A stretch of DNA of 64,000 nt, from NCBI RefSeq assembly GCF_006345805.1, contig NC_042998.1, positions 136,090,001 to 136,154,000 of the forward strand, read 5' to 3'. Shown here piece by piece: positions 24,181 to 37,644 of the stretch. Made by a program: the position numbers and the translations under genes. Source of the stretch: Octopus sinensis. Lineage: Eukaryota. How positions within the stretch are numbered: position 1 is the first letter of the stretch; each line of letters begins with the position of its first letter. The notes under the pieces are model-generated. The model was not told the DNA's origin and made no database searches. It saw nothing but the letters and a program-made list of their open reading frames with translations.

Positions 24181-25506
24181 ATCACATCTTTGACAAAGAA
24201 ATTTTTGTTTCTTTATCTAACATTTTTTTTAAAGAAAATTGGGTTTTTTTAAGACAATGATATATATTTTTCACAACAATATTTTGTTTTAAGACTGGTG
24301 TTATTTTTTTATAGCAGCATTATTTTTTTTCAATAACCATATTTTTTAAATTTTACTATTTATATTTTACTAACACTCCTGAATAATCAACCAAAACTAA
24401 AATGTTAGCTGCTGTACAAAATAACATTGGAATTATAATGGTTCACCTCGCTTCAATCTTCAAAACAACATTAACTTGATAAACAGCATTAATTTGACAA
24501 CAACAATAGTTGTAAAGTCTTTTTCTAACATTTGGTCTTATATCTTAGTATTTGTAGAATGTTATGCTGTTATTCAAGAGCATATCATTATCCATGCATT
24601 ATTAATAATGGCTTGTCTGGCACTGTTTTAAACAGTAGTTTTTCAAACTTTTAAATAATTTCTTTGTAATATGTAAAAAATTCATGTAAAATATATTTTT
24701 TTTAATAAAAAAAGATATAAAATATGAAACAAATCAAAATGGAACAAAACCTACTGTTGAATACACATGAATGTGTGTGTGTGTGTTGTGTGTGTGTGTG
24801 TGTGTGTGCATGTACATGCATGCGTGTGTGTGCATGTGTTTCTATTTATGCATGTGTGTTTGTTTGTATGTGTGTGGATATGTTTATATATCAATGTATT
24901 TATGTACATAGATGTGTGTATGTATGCATATATGACAGTACATATGCATTCATACATGTATGTGCATATGTTTATACATGTGTGTGTATGTATGTGCATA
25001 TGTATACAAACTTGTAATTATAAACAAGTAAATTATAAACAAGTAAATTATAAAAAAGTACTCAATACTGAAGGTAGAGTATTACATTATATTTACTAAA
25101 GCCAAAACTTCATATTTCACAATTCAAAGTTTCACATCTTTGATCTTCAGACAAAATATGAAGAGCAGTACAAGAAATATGTTATTCTGAATAAATAGGA
25201 AAATTAGGACAATAAAATAGCTTTTTATTGTGTGTGGAAGAACAATTGGTAAATTTAAGAAATTATAAAAGATAAAATAATGAAGAAAATAGTCAGAAGT
25301 ATAAAAAATAGTTTTGATGATAAAAAATATAGATATTGAAAGAAAAAAGTATTTGTTAAAGGTAAAAGTTAAAAAGGATAAAAATATTTGTTGTCTGATG
25401 CATTTGGGAAGAAAAGGAATAAGTTTGGGAATGGAATGAGCAAGGAAAGGATTTTTGTTTTTGATGTGTACATTCGTTGTCATTGTTGTTGTTGTTGGTG
25501 TCAGTG

Positions 25507-25537
<31 letters not shown>

Positions 25538-25809
25538 TTAATATCCCGGGCATGGCTGTGTGGTTAGGGAGCTTGCTTCCTAGCTACATGGTTTCGGGTT
25601 CAGTCCCACTGCGTGGCACTTTGGGTAGGTGTCTTCCACTATAGCCCCGAGCCGACCGGAGCTTTGTGATTGAATTCGGTAGGTGGAAGTTACTGCCGTG
25701 TGTGTATGTGTGCGTATAGCTGCTCAGTGCCTCTCCGAAAGCGAGAGAGAGGGGATTCTGCTAGATAGTTTGATTTACTTCCTGTTGAAAATCTCATGCT
25801 ATTTATATA

Positions 25810-26135
25810 TCATCATCATCATCATCATCATTTAACGTCCGCTTTCATGCTAGCATGGGTTGGACGATTTGACTGAGGACTGGCGAACCAGATGGCTGCA
25901 CCAGGCTCCAATCTGATCTGGCAGAGTTTCTACAGCTGGATGCCCTTCCTAACGCCAACCACACCGAGAGTGTAATGGGTGCTTTTACGTGCCACCGGTA
26001 TGAGAGCCAGTCCAGCAGTACTAGCAGCTGCCACACTCAAATGGTGCTTTTTATGTGCCACCTGCACAGGAGTCAGTCCAGCGGCACTGGCAACGACCTC
26101 ACTCGAATGTTTTGTTTGCACAAGTGCCAGTAAGG
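25810..26135 (-). mobile_element. RTE 3'UTR fragment with (ATG)n tail and 2-3 minisatellite units
   Basis: Reverse complement of 10300-10527. Confidence 0.85.
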
Positions 26136-26525
26136 CAATGCTGTATATATATGTGTGTGTATGTATGTATGTATGTATGTATGTATGTGTGTATGTATAT
26201 ACATATGTGTGTGTGTGTGACCTTGTCTTGACATCACAGATAGTTGTAAATGAGCGTCACCATCACACAAGCAGTGTCAATCATTTCCAATATTCCGAGA
26301 AGAACAATTTTGGCTATAGGGAAATATCAGATTGCTTGGAAACAGGTGAAGGTTGATGACAGGAAGAGCAACCAACCATTCGAAAATCTGCCTCAAATAA
26401 TTCCATTTAACCCTTGCAAGAACAGGTAAAAGGACAATAAAATGATGATGATGATGATATACATGTACATATCTATGTCCCTTGTATATATCTATGTTGC
26501 TGTTGGAGATAGGATTAGTCCATCG

Positions 26526-26567
26526 CTGTGCTGATGATGCCTACTGAGGCAGAAGCACATGTCTATG
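26526..26567 (+). ncRNA. Near-intact minimal type I hammerhead
   Basis: ctgtg-CTGATGA-TGCCT[ACTG]AGGCA-GAAG-CACATG-TC-tatg. Exact core box, perfect 5-bp stem II, GUC triplet; A15.1>G; stem I relies on G-U pairs. Confidence 0.65.
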
Positions 26568-26769
26568 ACCACCCTCTCATCTCCAGATAATAAGTCTCTG
26601 CTTTTCAATCAGGGCATGTAAACTTTGGAGAATTTCTTGATTCTTGAGATTGCATCCCCTTCTCACAAGGAGTTCTTCTCAATTACATTTAGTAATTGGG
26701 AAATATCCTCTAGAGGTAGAGGTAATTTTCATAAATCAGGAATTGATGTTCTATGATATCTGATATACT

Positions 26770-27080
26770 TGAATTAGTCTATGTTATATTACATACATAC
26801 ATACATACACACACACATACATACATCCACATACATGCATGCATGCCTACATACACACCTACACACACATACATACATGCACACATATACATTCATGCAT
26901 GCATAGACACATATACATACACACACATACATACATGCATACATATACATACATACATGCATACATACACACATATACACACACACATACATACACACAT
27001 ACATACACACACATTCATACACACACATTCATACATATACACATAAACACACATACATACATGCATATATGCATACACGT
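26770..27080. repeat. Degenerate (TACA)/(CA) microsatellite
   Basis: Direct tandem low-complexity repeats. Confidence 0.9.
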
Positions 27081-28318
27081 ACAGTCATTGTTTGTGTTGT
27101 GGTTTTTTTGATGTTGCAATACTGGCTCTGGTAGAGATGACAGGATATTTTCCCATGTTATGATACACTCCATTAGTGACAAACATATGTGGTTCAGAAG
27201 GATGAGTTTCACATGCAGTGCTGCTATGCTCCAGCATTGCATTATTCTTTGCTCTCATTTTACCACATCTGTTCTTTTCAGTTTTACTTCTTCACTCACC
27301 GTCATCATCACCATCATCATCTGCATCGTTATTATCACCATCATCGTCGTCGTCATCATCATCATCAACACCACAAATACCACCACTGCTGCCATCACTA
27401 CCTTCCTTATTATACAAGCAGCAAGCTGGTAGAATTGGTGGCATGTTGCACAAAATGGCATTTTTTCTGGTGCTTCACATTCAGAGTTCAAATTATGTCA
27501 TGGTTGATTTTGCTTTTCATCTTTCAGGGAGAATGAAACAAGTACTGGTTGAGCAAAATTTCAGGCCTTGTGCCTATAGTAAAAAGGATTATTATTGTTG
27601 TTATTATTATTATCATTGTTGTTGATGATGATGATGATGATGATGATGATGTTGTTATTAAGGTGGCAAGCTCGGACAGAATAAGTTTAAAAAAATTTTT
27701 TTATACACCCAGGCCTATTCCCCATTTTTTTAGGAGTGGGTAGCTACATCAAGACACACATCAGGCATTCCATTCATTTCTCAACTCCCCCATTCTATGC
27801 TTGGGTCAAGGTATAAAAAGCAATCCCCAATATCAGAATAATAATAATAATAATAATTATTATTATCATCATCATCATCATCAGGGCAGAAAGCTGGTAG
27901 AATCAGTAGCACATGTGGCAAAATACTTAGCTGCATTTCATCCATCTTTACATTCTGAGTTCAAATTTCACCAAGGTCAACTTTGCCATTCATCCTTTCA
28001 GGGTCTAGAAAAAGAGTACCGGCTGAGAACTGGAGTCGATGTAGTCAACTAACCTCAAATTGCTGAAATTGCTGGCCTTGTGCCAAAATTTGAGACCATT
28101 ATTACAATTATCATCATTATTTCAGTCTGGATTGGAACATGGACATTAAATTATAATGATGATGATGATGATGATGACTAACCTCAAATATTAACCTCCA
28201 AACACGCCAAATACAGGTAAAAATGAGTCTCTTGCTGGTGCTTGGTGGGTGGCTTTGGAAGAAGAAGCTATAGATTTGGAAATAGTATGATAGATTTAAA
28301 GATAAAATTCTCTTTCAG

Positions 28319-28545
28319 ATACCTCATTTTGACCCAGTTGATGATGTCTACCATCCTAAAGGATAAGCACCATATCAGTGATGCAATTACAGCATCTGCA
28401 TCCAGGGTCAGCACTGCATACCAAGTAAACTACGCAATCACCTCGGCCTCCACAAAGTCAGAGCTCTGCACAAATGCTGAAAAACTTAAATGCAATTTTT
28501 TCATCCCACCAAAATTTCAGTAATAAAGAAATGAGTGTATCACTC
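28319..28545 (+). CDS. Candidate terminal exon of an unidentified host gene
   Basis: aaattctctttcAG acceptor; frame 0 reads IPHFDPVDDVYHPKG* (stop 28364-28366); AATAAA at 28522-28527. Alternative: internal exon to the donor at 28425. Confidence 0.3.
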
Positions 28546-28691
28546 TCAGGAAATAGGAATATAGAGGACAGAGATGGGAAGACTAGAAGATCATGTGGGA
28601 GATATGACTTGTCAAATGATTTGGTGTGAAACATGTAAGATTTTGCCATGTTATTAGATTTATTTTTGGTGATATACTTTATAATAAAATC

Positions 28692-28945
28692 GTGGAGGTG
28701 TATGGCTTAGTGGTTAGGGTGTCAGCATCATGATTGTAAAATTGTGGTTTTGATTCCTGGACCAGGTGACGCGTTGTGTTCTTGAGCAAAAGACTTCATT
28801 TCACATTGCTCCAGTCCACTCAGCTGGCAAAAATGAGTAACGCTGCGATGGACTGGCGTCCCGGCCAGCTGGGGAACACATACAGCATTGAAACCAGGAA
28901 TCTGGGCCCATGAGCCTGGCTAGGCTTTAAAAAGGGTGCATTTAT
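28692..28945 (+). mobile_element. SINE family D
   Basis: tggcttagtggttaggg..gttttgattcctgg..gggcccatgagcctggctaggc. Confidence 0.85.
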
Positions 28946-29534
28946 TTATTTTTTACATTATAATAAAACTAAAGATTTCTTGTCAGTAAGTTAATTATAA
29001 TTTTTCAACAGCATTTTTCAGTTAGGTTAAAGTAGATGATGGTTGAGGAAGTTGTAGTAAAAATTGTTAAAGCAGCATACAATGTAAGGTTGCAAGAAGT
29101 AGGCATACATTGTAGGACTGGAAAAGTGGGAGTAAATTGTATGTCTGGAAGAAAGCAGTGCTTATTGTTGGGCCAGGAGAAGGGGATGTTCAATTCAGTA
29201 TCAGAAGGATGTGCATATTGTATGGCTGAGAGAAGCAGGGTGTATAATGTACCTAAGGCTAAGCAAAGGGACCACATTGTAGAGCTAGGAAAGGGAACTC
29301 ACAATGTAGGCCTGATAGAAAGGTGTGCAGATTCTTATGGCTATTCACTGTGTAGCACCTTGGACAAGGGTCTTCTCCTATAGCCCTGTGATGCCCAATC
29401 CCTTGTGAGTGAATTTGATAGACAGAAAGCATGTGGAAGTTATAATTTTAATAATAATTATTATATTTGAAGGTTTTTACTTCCAGGCTAGTCACTTGAT
29501 AAGATCGTTATTTAATTTAAATTAATGATCTTAT

Positions 29535-29572
<38 letters not shown>

Positions 29573-30479
29573 ATCTTTTATCTTTTATTTGTCTTGATCA
29601 TTATTTGACTGTGGACTCAGTACCTTTTTTGTTTTTGTTACTTTTCTATTGGTGTCTTTTGCCATACTGCTATGTTACAGGGACATAAACACAGACACTG
29701 CTTGTCAAGTGGTAATGGTGGACAAATACAAACAAAGACACACACATATATATGACAGGCTTCTTTTAGTTTCCATCTGATATATCCACTCACAATGCTT
29801 TGGTTGACCCAGGGCTATAGTAGAAGCTATGCAGTGTGACTGAATACAGAACCATGTGCTTGGGAAGCAAACTTCTTACCATACAGCCATGCCTGTACAT
29901 ATGTTTGCATATATGTATGTAAATGTGTTTGTTTTTGTTTGTTCCTTCTACTATTTGACTACTGGTGCTGGTTTGTTTATGTCCTTCTAATGTCACATTC
30001 TGCAAAATAGAATGATATGAGACTTGAAGTTTATGCACCAGATTGTACGAGTTATTTAAGAGAGTTTTGCTATTTCTAGCAAGTCAAAGTAGTACAGTAT
30101 AAAGATTCCCTTTTAATAATAAAAAAAAAAACAGAAAGGAGAAAGGCTATGCTTTGGAGTAAAATAAATTATTGTTTTTATGTATATCATATTGATTGTG
30201 TATTGATTATGAGTTGAATTCAATCATTCCTTTATTTTAAATGAATGGTGGTGTAACAGAAATAATGGGTTACTAACTTCTTAGTCTCTCTTTCATTTTT
30301 CATTTCTTTGGAATTGAGAAAATGAATACAAGATGTGTATATGTCTATGTGTGTACACACACACACATGCCCTCCTCCTCCTCCTCTCCTCCTCCTCCTC
30401 CTCATCATCATCATCATCATCAACATCACCACCACCACCACCACCACTGCCGCCGCCGCCGCCACCACCACCACCACCA

Positions 30480-30660
30480 CCACCATCATCATTATCATCA
30501 TTTAAAATCCTCCTCCCTTGCTGGCATGGGTTGGACTGTCATGTCAGAAGACTGCTCCAACATCAACTGTCTGTTTTGGTATGGTTTCAATGGCTGAATG
30601 CCCTTCCTAACACCAGTCACATTACAGAGTGCACTGGCTACTTTTTCTTTTATGTGATAC
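30480..30660 (-). mobile_element. RTE-type 3' tail; the (ATG)n tail grades into a compound CAC/CGC/CCT triplet run (30370-30500)
   Basis: Reverse complement of gtgttaggaagggcattcagcc..ccatgccagcaaggg. Confidence 0.7.
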
Positions 30661-31801
30661 CATTAGTAGTAAGGCCACCAAATAACTGACAAAACAAAAC
30701 CCTTCAACTGAGTGGGGAGTAATACTGAAGGAAGTGGCTTTTTGCCAGGTGACAAAAGGTTAGAAATAGGCATCTTGCTGTGAAAGAAATTAATGGCTAT
30801 TTCAACAGGTGAGAGAGAAGAGGGAGGGACGAGAGAAGAGAGAAAAAGAGAGGGGTGAGAGAGAAGAGAGAGGAAGAGACAAGACAGAGAAGGGGGTGGA
30901 GAGATGGTGAAGATGTGACAGGCGGTGTGTACACTCATGTTACTGTGAAGTGCAGTGGAAGCAAGGATTGGAAAGGGTGAATAAGTTTGTGATATTGCAG
31001 AGAAAGAATGGGAGGTGAAGGGGAGGGGAATGTCGTGAGTGTACACAAACAGAGGGAGGGGGTGTTAGGGAGATATGTTCTGGGGGAATAGATTTAGCAT
31101 GGACACATTGTGTACAGGCTGGTTAGAGAGGTTGCAAAGAGTGAGATAAAGGAAGAGTGGAATACAACAAGGGGTGAATAAAGGTTGGGTGATGGTGAGG
31201 TACTAAGAAGATGGGTTTTTGGGGGAGATCTTTGTTACTGACATTGCATTGTGTAACATGATCTTTGTCTTTGGGTAGCAACTGTTATTTCCAATTTCCT
31301 TTCCCTTAGAAAGTATGAAAAATGGCTAATATTTCCTTCAAACTTTGCTTTTGTTATATTTATTCAAGCCTCAAAGAATCCCATGGCTATGATGCCTCCC
31401 CACAACTCCTGTTCATGATACGAGATGCACATATTGTCAGCCATTAAGGGACATGGTCAAATGGTTATAATCAAGCAACTGACATGGAAATCTGTGGTAT
31501 TGAGCAGAATATTTGCTATAGCGATATTCCTGCTTCAGTAATTCAGCGTTGAATGACTGAAATGTAATGGGAAATAGGTCAGTTTCAAAACATTGATGTC
31601 CAGTTGACAAAAGTAAAGTTTGAAGAGAATAGTAGTCAATTCCTTTCTAAAGAGAAGCAAATAGAATGCTGACCAAAGACAAAATAAATAAATAAATAAA
31701 TAAATAAATAAGTAAAAATGTTGTTACTGACAGATTGTGTGCAGGGGGATGGATGTAAACAAGATGCCTTTACGGCCGTGATTTTACTTAGTTGGAATTA
31801 C

Positions 31802-31862
31802 CAGTCATCTCTTCTGTGAGGCTCCACCCACAAATTTGGTCTGCGGTCCTTTGTAGAGTATT
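31802..31862 (-). CDS. Weak candidate 61-nt exon on the minus strand
   Basis: gtttcttcAG acceptor and CTG|GTAATT donor; open in two frames (NTLQRTADQICGWSLTEEMT / YSTKDRRPNLWVEPHRRDD). Confidence 0.18.
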
Positions 31863-32529
31863 CTGAAGAAACTTCCAGTTGTCAATCTTAATTTAACCAA
31901 TTGTTTTCCGTTCTTTTCCATTTTACTAAATCTTAGTAATTCTTGTTCAATTTTGTTGTTTCCCAGTGACTTCCCTTTAACCATAGCTTTTAATATTCAA
32001 TCGAGTAACCTCCCTTTAAAACTTTCCTAAGTTCTCTCCCTTACAAAACTTGAAATTTATTTTTTAAAAGGAAATCTATTTAAATGAATCTTGAACAACA
32101 TAAATTTCTTACCTTTACTGGGAAAATGAGTTATGTAAATAAAGTGATATAAGTATAGAAAAGTGATACAAACAGGAACTGAAACTGGGAATGTATTTGA
32201 ATAAATATAATTTATCTGTATTTTCTACTTGTTTCAGTCAATGATAAGACTACAATCATGCTAGGGCACCGTCTTAAAAGGGTTTTGTAAACAAATCTTC
32301 TCCAGTATTTTTTTAAAGTCTGCTCCTTATTCTATCAGCCAGAGACAAAAGCACACCATCCGTTGTTAAACGGCGGACGGACACGGACACACGCGCCTAC
32401 GCATGCACGTCCGGCTTCTTTCAGTCTGCACCTACCAAATTCATTCACAAGGCTTTGATCGAACCGAGGTACCAGTGCGATGTCACTGAACTCAGCACGA
32501 TGTGGCTTGTAAGCAAACATCGCTGCTAC

Positions 32530-33275
32530 TTTAGCGTGTGATCTACCGCAGTATCCTGTCTACGCTGTAAAATTACTTTTAGCGTGCGGTCTACCTTTTC
32601 TTACCCTCTTAAGCTGATCGCTTTTGCTGGAAAGTTTTGAGAAAAGATGCAGCAGATTTGTATGTGGCATTCCTAAATGGTGTACGAAATGTGTATCGTT
32701 AATTAAGATTTATGTGTAAGTTATCAATAAATCAAGAAAAACATGTTTTAAATCTCTGAGCGAGATTATTCAACGTTATTCGATTTGAGCACCTTTTCAA
32801 ACTCCACCTGTCTAACACCCGTGGACATGTTTACAAAGTCAGAAAACAGCACAGCTCTCATGCTTTTCGGAAACATTTTTTCATGCTAAGAGTTGCTGAA
32901 GTATGGAACAAACTGCCGGCATCAGTTGTTAGTTATCGGAGCACTGCATCCTTTCAAAACTTCCATGTTTCCTGAGATTCGCCAACACTACACCTGATTT
33001 TCTCACCTCCATACACACGCAAGCATGTATCTGACTCATATACTATTCACTTTCCAGACATTTGTACATTTCTGTATAAGCTTTATATGCACTTATAACA
33101 CGTTGTGATGCACCTGACCACTGTATACAATAATTTCATTATTCTTATTATTATTTTATCATCCTTTTGTATAAAGTTCTTATAGTGGAGATAGATTGCA
33201 TGCTAAAATGAAAAAGAGTAAGAAAAGGTACACCGCACAGAGTAGACAGGATACTGCAGCACATCGCACACTAAA
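32530..33275. mobile_element. TIR-bounded element (MITE-like) carrying a CR1 insertion
   Basis: tttagcgtgtgatctaccgcagtatcctgtctac...gtgcggtctaccttttcttac (32530-32605) is inverted relative to gtaagaaaaggtacaccgcacagagtagacaggatactgcagcacatcgcacactaaa (33216-33275). Confidence 0.55.
32765..33160 (+). mobile_element. CR1-clade LINE 3' fragment
   Basis: EHLFKLHLSNTRGHVYKVRKQHSSHAFRKHFFMLRVAEVWNKLPASVV, the CR1 TRGH..FF..RV..WN.LP..VV motif; (TTA)n tail. Confidence 0.85.
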
Positions 33276-33535
33276 TAAAGAAATAAATGCACCCTTTTAA
33301 AGCCTAGCCAGGTTCATGGGCTCAGCTTTCCGGTTTCTATGGCGTATGCATTCCCCAGCTGGACGGGCCGCCAGTCCATTGCAGTGGTACTCATTTTTGC
33401 CAGCTGAGTGGACTGGAGCAATGTGAAATGAAGTGTTTTGCTCAAGAACACAACACATCGCCCGGTCCAGGAATCAAAAACACAATCTTACGATGATGAT
33501 GCTGACACCCTAACCACTAAGCCACGTGCCTCGTA
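33276..33535 (-). mobile_element. SINE family D
   Basis: Reverse complement of 28692-28945. Confidence 0.85.
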
Positions 33536-34329
33536 TCACCCAAACTTCTTACTACACAGCCAATCTTGTAAGTGTGTAGGGAGTGTCACAAAGTTTTTTG
33601 CAGGGGTAACACCAATTTGCCCATCATAATATATAACTGAATGGAATGTGAATGCTTCTATACTGATTAAATATTCATTGATTTCCCTTTTCTTTTCTCT
33701 TAATCCTTTCTTTCTCCATTTTTCTTGTTAGTGATTACTTTCGCAAACTTGTAATAATTCTTTTAAAGAGAAATAAATGTATGTTTTCGGTGAAAAATCA
33801 TTGAATACAGTTCACAAACTTGCATGGTTTTTATGTCAATAATTCTATGTTAATTTTGGTTAGATACAAAATGTTAACGTGTAATGGAAATAATTTAACA
33901 TAAGGAGCTCAGCCTACTCTATGGGGTGGCTGGTGTTAGGAAGGGCATCCAGCCGTAAAAACCATGCCAAAACAGACTCAGAAGTATGGTGTAGGTTGGC
34001 TCCTGTCAAACGATCCAACCCATGCCAGCATGGAAGGAGGACATTAAATGATGATGATGATGATGATGATGATGTTGAGATACAGTTCATGTATATTATG
34101 TATATTTGGATAAACTGAAAGATGCAAGTCAATGGTTTTATTTATTTTTTTCTTACAAAAATTAAAGAAAACTGATTTACGAACAAAATATTTAAAGCTC
34201 ACAGTGTGTGTGTTTGCGCGCGCGTGTGTGTGTGTGTGGAAAAAATAGATTCACCATACTTGTTGAAGTAATGATGTTTAAAGAATGAATAAATAAATAA
34301 TTGGTTGACATTTTTTTAAACACAATAAT

Positions 34330-34540
34330 CCTTTCTACACACAGCCTGAAATTTTGGGGGAACGGGGCTAGTCGATTAGATCGATCTCAGTATGTAACTG
34401 GTACTTAATTTATCAACCCCGAAAGGATGAAAGGCAAAGTCGACCTCGGTCGAATTTAAACTCAGATCGTAGCGACAGGCGAAATACTGCTAAGCATTCT
34501 GTCCAGCATGCTATCAATTCTACCAGCTCATTGCTTTGTT
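34330..34540 (-). mobile_element. SINE family B
   Basis: Reverse complement of gagctggtagaattgatagc..gagtttaaattc..gactttgcctttcatcctttcgggg. Confidence 0.85.
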
Positions 34541-35339
34541 ACAATAATGATAAGTTACTGAAAGATTTTAGAAAAGCATTTTGTATTCTCTATTAAATGG
34601 AAATATATGCAAAACAAAATCAGCAGATTGAAAATTACAGCCAAAGGGTAGTAACTCCAATGGAGTTAATGTTAATGTCCTCGAAAGGATGAAAGGCAAA
34701 GTTGACCTTGGTGGAATTTGAAATCAATTTGTAGCAATTATAACTTAAATTGCTTGAAGGACATTGGTTTATCAATTCTGCTAGATCTTGTAATATTTGT
34801 GTGATTACAGGTGCATAGTTTTATAGTGGGGGTATTCATAGGGACATAAGTTCGATTTCCAGTGGGGTGTTGTGTCCTTGAGCAAGGCATTCTATTTCAC
34901 ATTGCTCCAGTCCACTCAGCTGACAAAAGTGGGTAGTATTCGTATTTAAAACAGCCAGCCTTGTCACATCTTGTGTCGTGCTGAATCTTCCTGAGAATTA
35001 CATTAAGGATACACATGTCTGTAGAGTTCTCAACCACTTGCATGTTAATTTTATTAGCAGGCTGCTCCATTGACCAGATTAACTAGAACACTCATTATCA
35101 TAATCAATTTAATGCCTCTCTCTCTCTCTCCCTTTCTCATCTCACTTTCTCTAGAAATATGTAATGTCTTTATAATGAGATATTAACAAAAAAAAAAGGG
35201 TCCACAGCTCTGTGACTACAAATATGAAACAGTGAAATTTGTAATGGTTTGGGAAGAAAAACCACTTCTTTATTTATTTCTTTGCTCGGCCCATCAAATG
35301 AATTCATTCTAAGTCATGAACTTATTTTTACTATGAATT

Positions 35340-35715
35340 TTCGACTGACTGGTCCTGTGCGCCAGTGCTGGCTGACTGGTCCCATGCCAGTGGCACATAA
35401 AAAGCACCATTCTAATATAGTCATTTCCAGTGCCACCTGACTGGCTCCTGTGCTGGTGGCACATAAAAAGCTCCATTCAAGCATGGTCAATGCCAGTACC
35501 ACCTGACTGGTCCTCATGCCAGTGGCATGTAAAAAGCACCCACTACACTCTTGGAGTGGTTGGCATTAAGAAGGGCATCCAGCTATAGAAACTTTGCCTG
35601 ATTGGATTGAACCTGGTGCAGCCTTCTGGCTTGCCAGCCTTCAATCAAACCATCCAACCCATGCCAGTATGGAAAGCAGACATTAAATGACGACGATGAT
35701 GTTGATGATGATGAT
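35340..35715 (+). mobile_element. RTE 3'UTR fragment with ~4 shortened minisatellite units
   Basis: Repeated ctgactggtcc..tgccagtggcacataaaaagcacc, then cccactacactc..ttaggaagggcatccagc..(ATG)n. Confidence 0.8.
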
Positions 35716-37644
35716 GCTGTAATATTATCTTTGCCTTCTGGTTGGAATTCAATTGTACTCATCCTCTTCATCATCATCATTTAATGTTTGTCTTCCATGG
35801 GTTGGATGGTTTGACAGAATCTGACACTAGAGAACTGTATCATGCTCTAATAGTTTCTACAGCTGGATTCCATCTCTGATGCCAACCACTTTACAGATTG
35901 TGTTGTGGGTTTTGTTCATGGTACCATTACTTCGAGGTCACCATGTAGCTTGCAAAACTGATGGAGTGAAACTACAGTAAAGAGAGGGAGGCAGCATTAT
36001 GCTAGGAGCTGAGTGGTTAAAGTATGAAAGGAAATAAAATGATAATAATATACATGCTTTTATAAGGTGGTAAGCTGGCAGAATCATTAGCATGCTGGGC
36101 AAAGTGCTTAGCAGCATTTCATCTATCTTTATGTTCTGAGTTCAAATTCTACTGAGGCTGACTTTGCCTTTCATCTTTTTGGGGTTGATAAAATACAGTA
36201 CGGTTGTTTATAGAAAACCAGCAGTCACCCATGCATACCAGCCTCCCCTCTCCATGCCACCAATGTTATCCAAGGGAGAGGCAAAAGTCGATACATCTTG
36301 GCACCAGTGACATTGCAACTCATTTCTACAGCTGACTGAACTGGAGGAATAAAACTCATTACATGATAATTGTGAGCCCGATTATCTGACCACTGTTTTG
36401 AGTTCCACATATCCTGTTTCTACTACCAGACCTATATATTGTCATTATCGTTTTAACATCCACTTTTCCATGCTTACATGAGTGAGATGGAATTTGTTGA
36501 GACAAATTTTCTATGCTTATTCCTGTTGCAAACCTGTAACTGTTTTCTAGCAAGGTAATGTTCCCCTATAGTCAGACATGCTTTTCATGGAAGACAGAAA
36601 ACAAACAAACAACATCACTGCATGATGGTGATGTTCGTTTACGATCATCACATGATGTCTAAACAAAGATAAACACACACGCACACACACACACACACAC
36701 ATGCATACTTATATATGATGATTGTGCCATCTTCACTGATAATAACCACGTCCTTGTGCTTCTTTGCTGTCATTAGCATATCTTATTTTCCATCCATGAC
36801 CCCTCAGATGACAATTCAGTCCCACTGCAAATCTGCATGGTTTTGGAACATAGGTGGCTATGAAAGTCATAACTTACTGTATGCTTCCAACTGGTTATAT
36901 CCGTACACATTGCCACTCTTCCATTGCCATAGAACCTGCAATAGATTGAATGACAAATAAGATCACCAGAGAGAGACATCTATACATTATTGGATAATGA
37001 TAAATGCTTATACAACACAAATACTGCTCTCTGAGTCACCATCATTAGTACTTAGTGACAGGTCAAAGTGAGATGACCAATAATCATGTGAAACTGAAGG
37101 TTTTACATCAGAGTGTACATCTGGAAGGATGCTGTGACATCAGCTAGGAGTCCCTCATTCCTGGTGCTTTTACTGTATGACCTGACACCAATGAAGAGTA
37201 TTTCTGTATCCCTGTGCTTAGATGCAATGTCATCACATATGTTAGTTAAACCATAGCCCCTGACAGGTGCCACAGCCCTGAGTTGGAGTTGACCTGGTAA
37301 TATAATGCAAGTGTTACAAAAGTATTTTGAGATTTATAAGTGTAACTGAGGATGGCACCAAGTCTCCTTGAGCTTGTTGACTCCTTTAACAGTCAATTTT
37401 TCTTTACAGTATTAAATGGATTATAACCTCATTTACCTCCAGATATTTTGCTGTAGCACTTATCTTTGGAGACACATGGAAAGATAACTTATTGCCAACC
37501 ACAACATGGTGTCTTGCTTATAGTTTTTTTGCAGACATAAATATTTATCTTTGTGAATTTTATATCAATATATCAGAAAATTGTGGCCTCTTTTATTGTC
37601 TTCTAATTCTGTAAGTAGGATGTTGTATATGTATGTATGTATGT

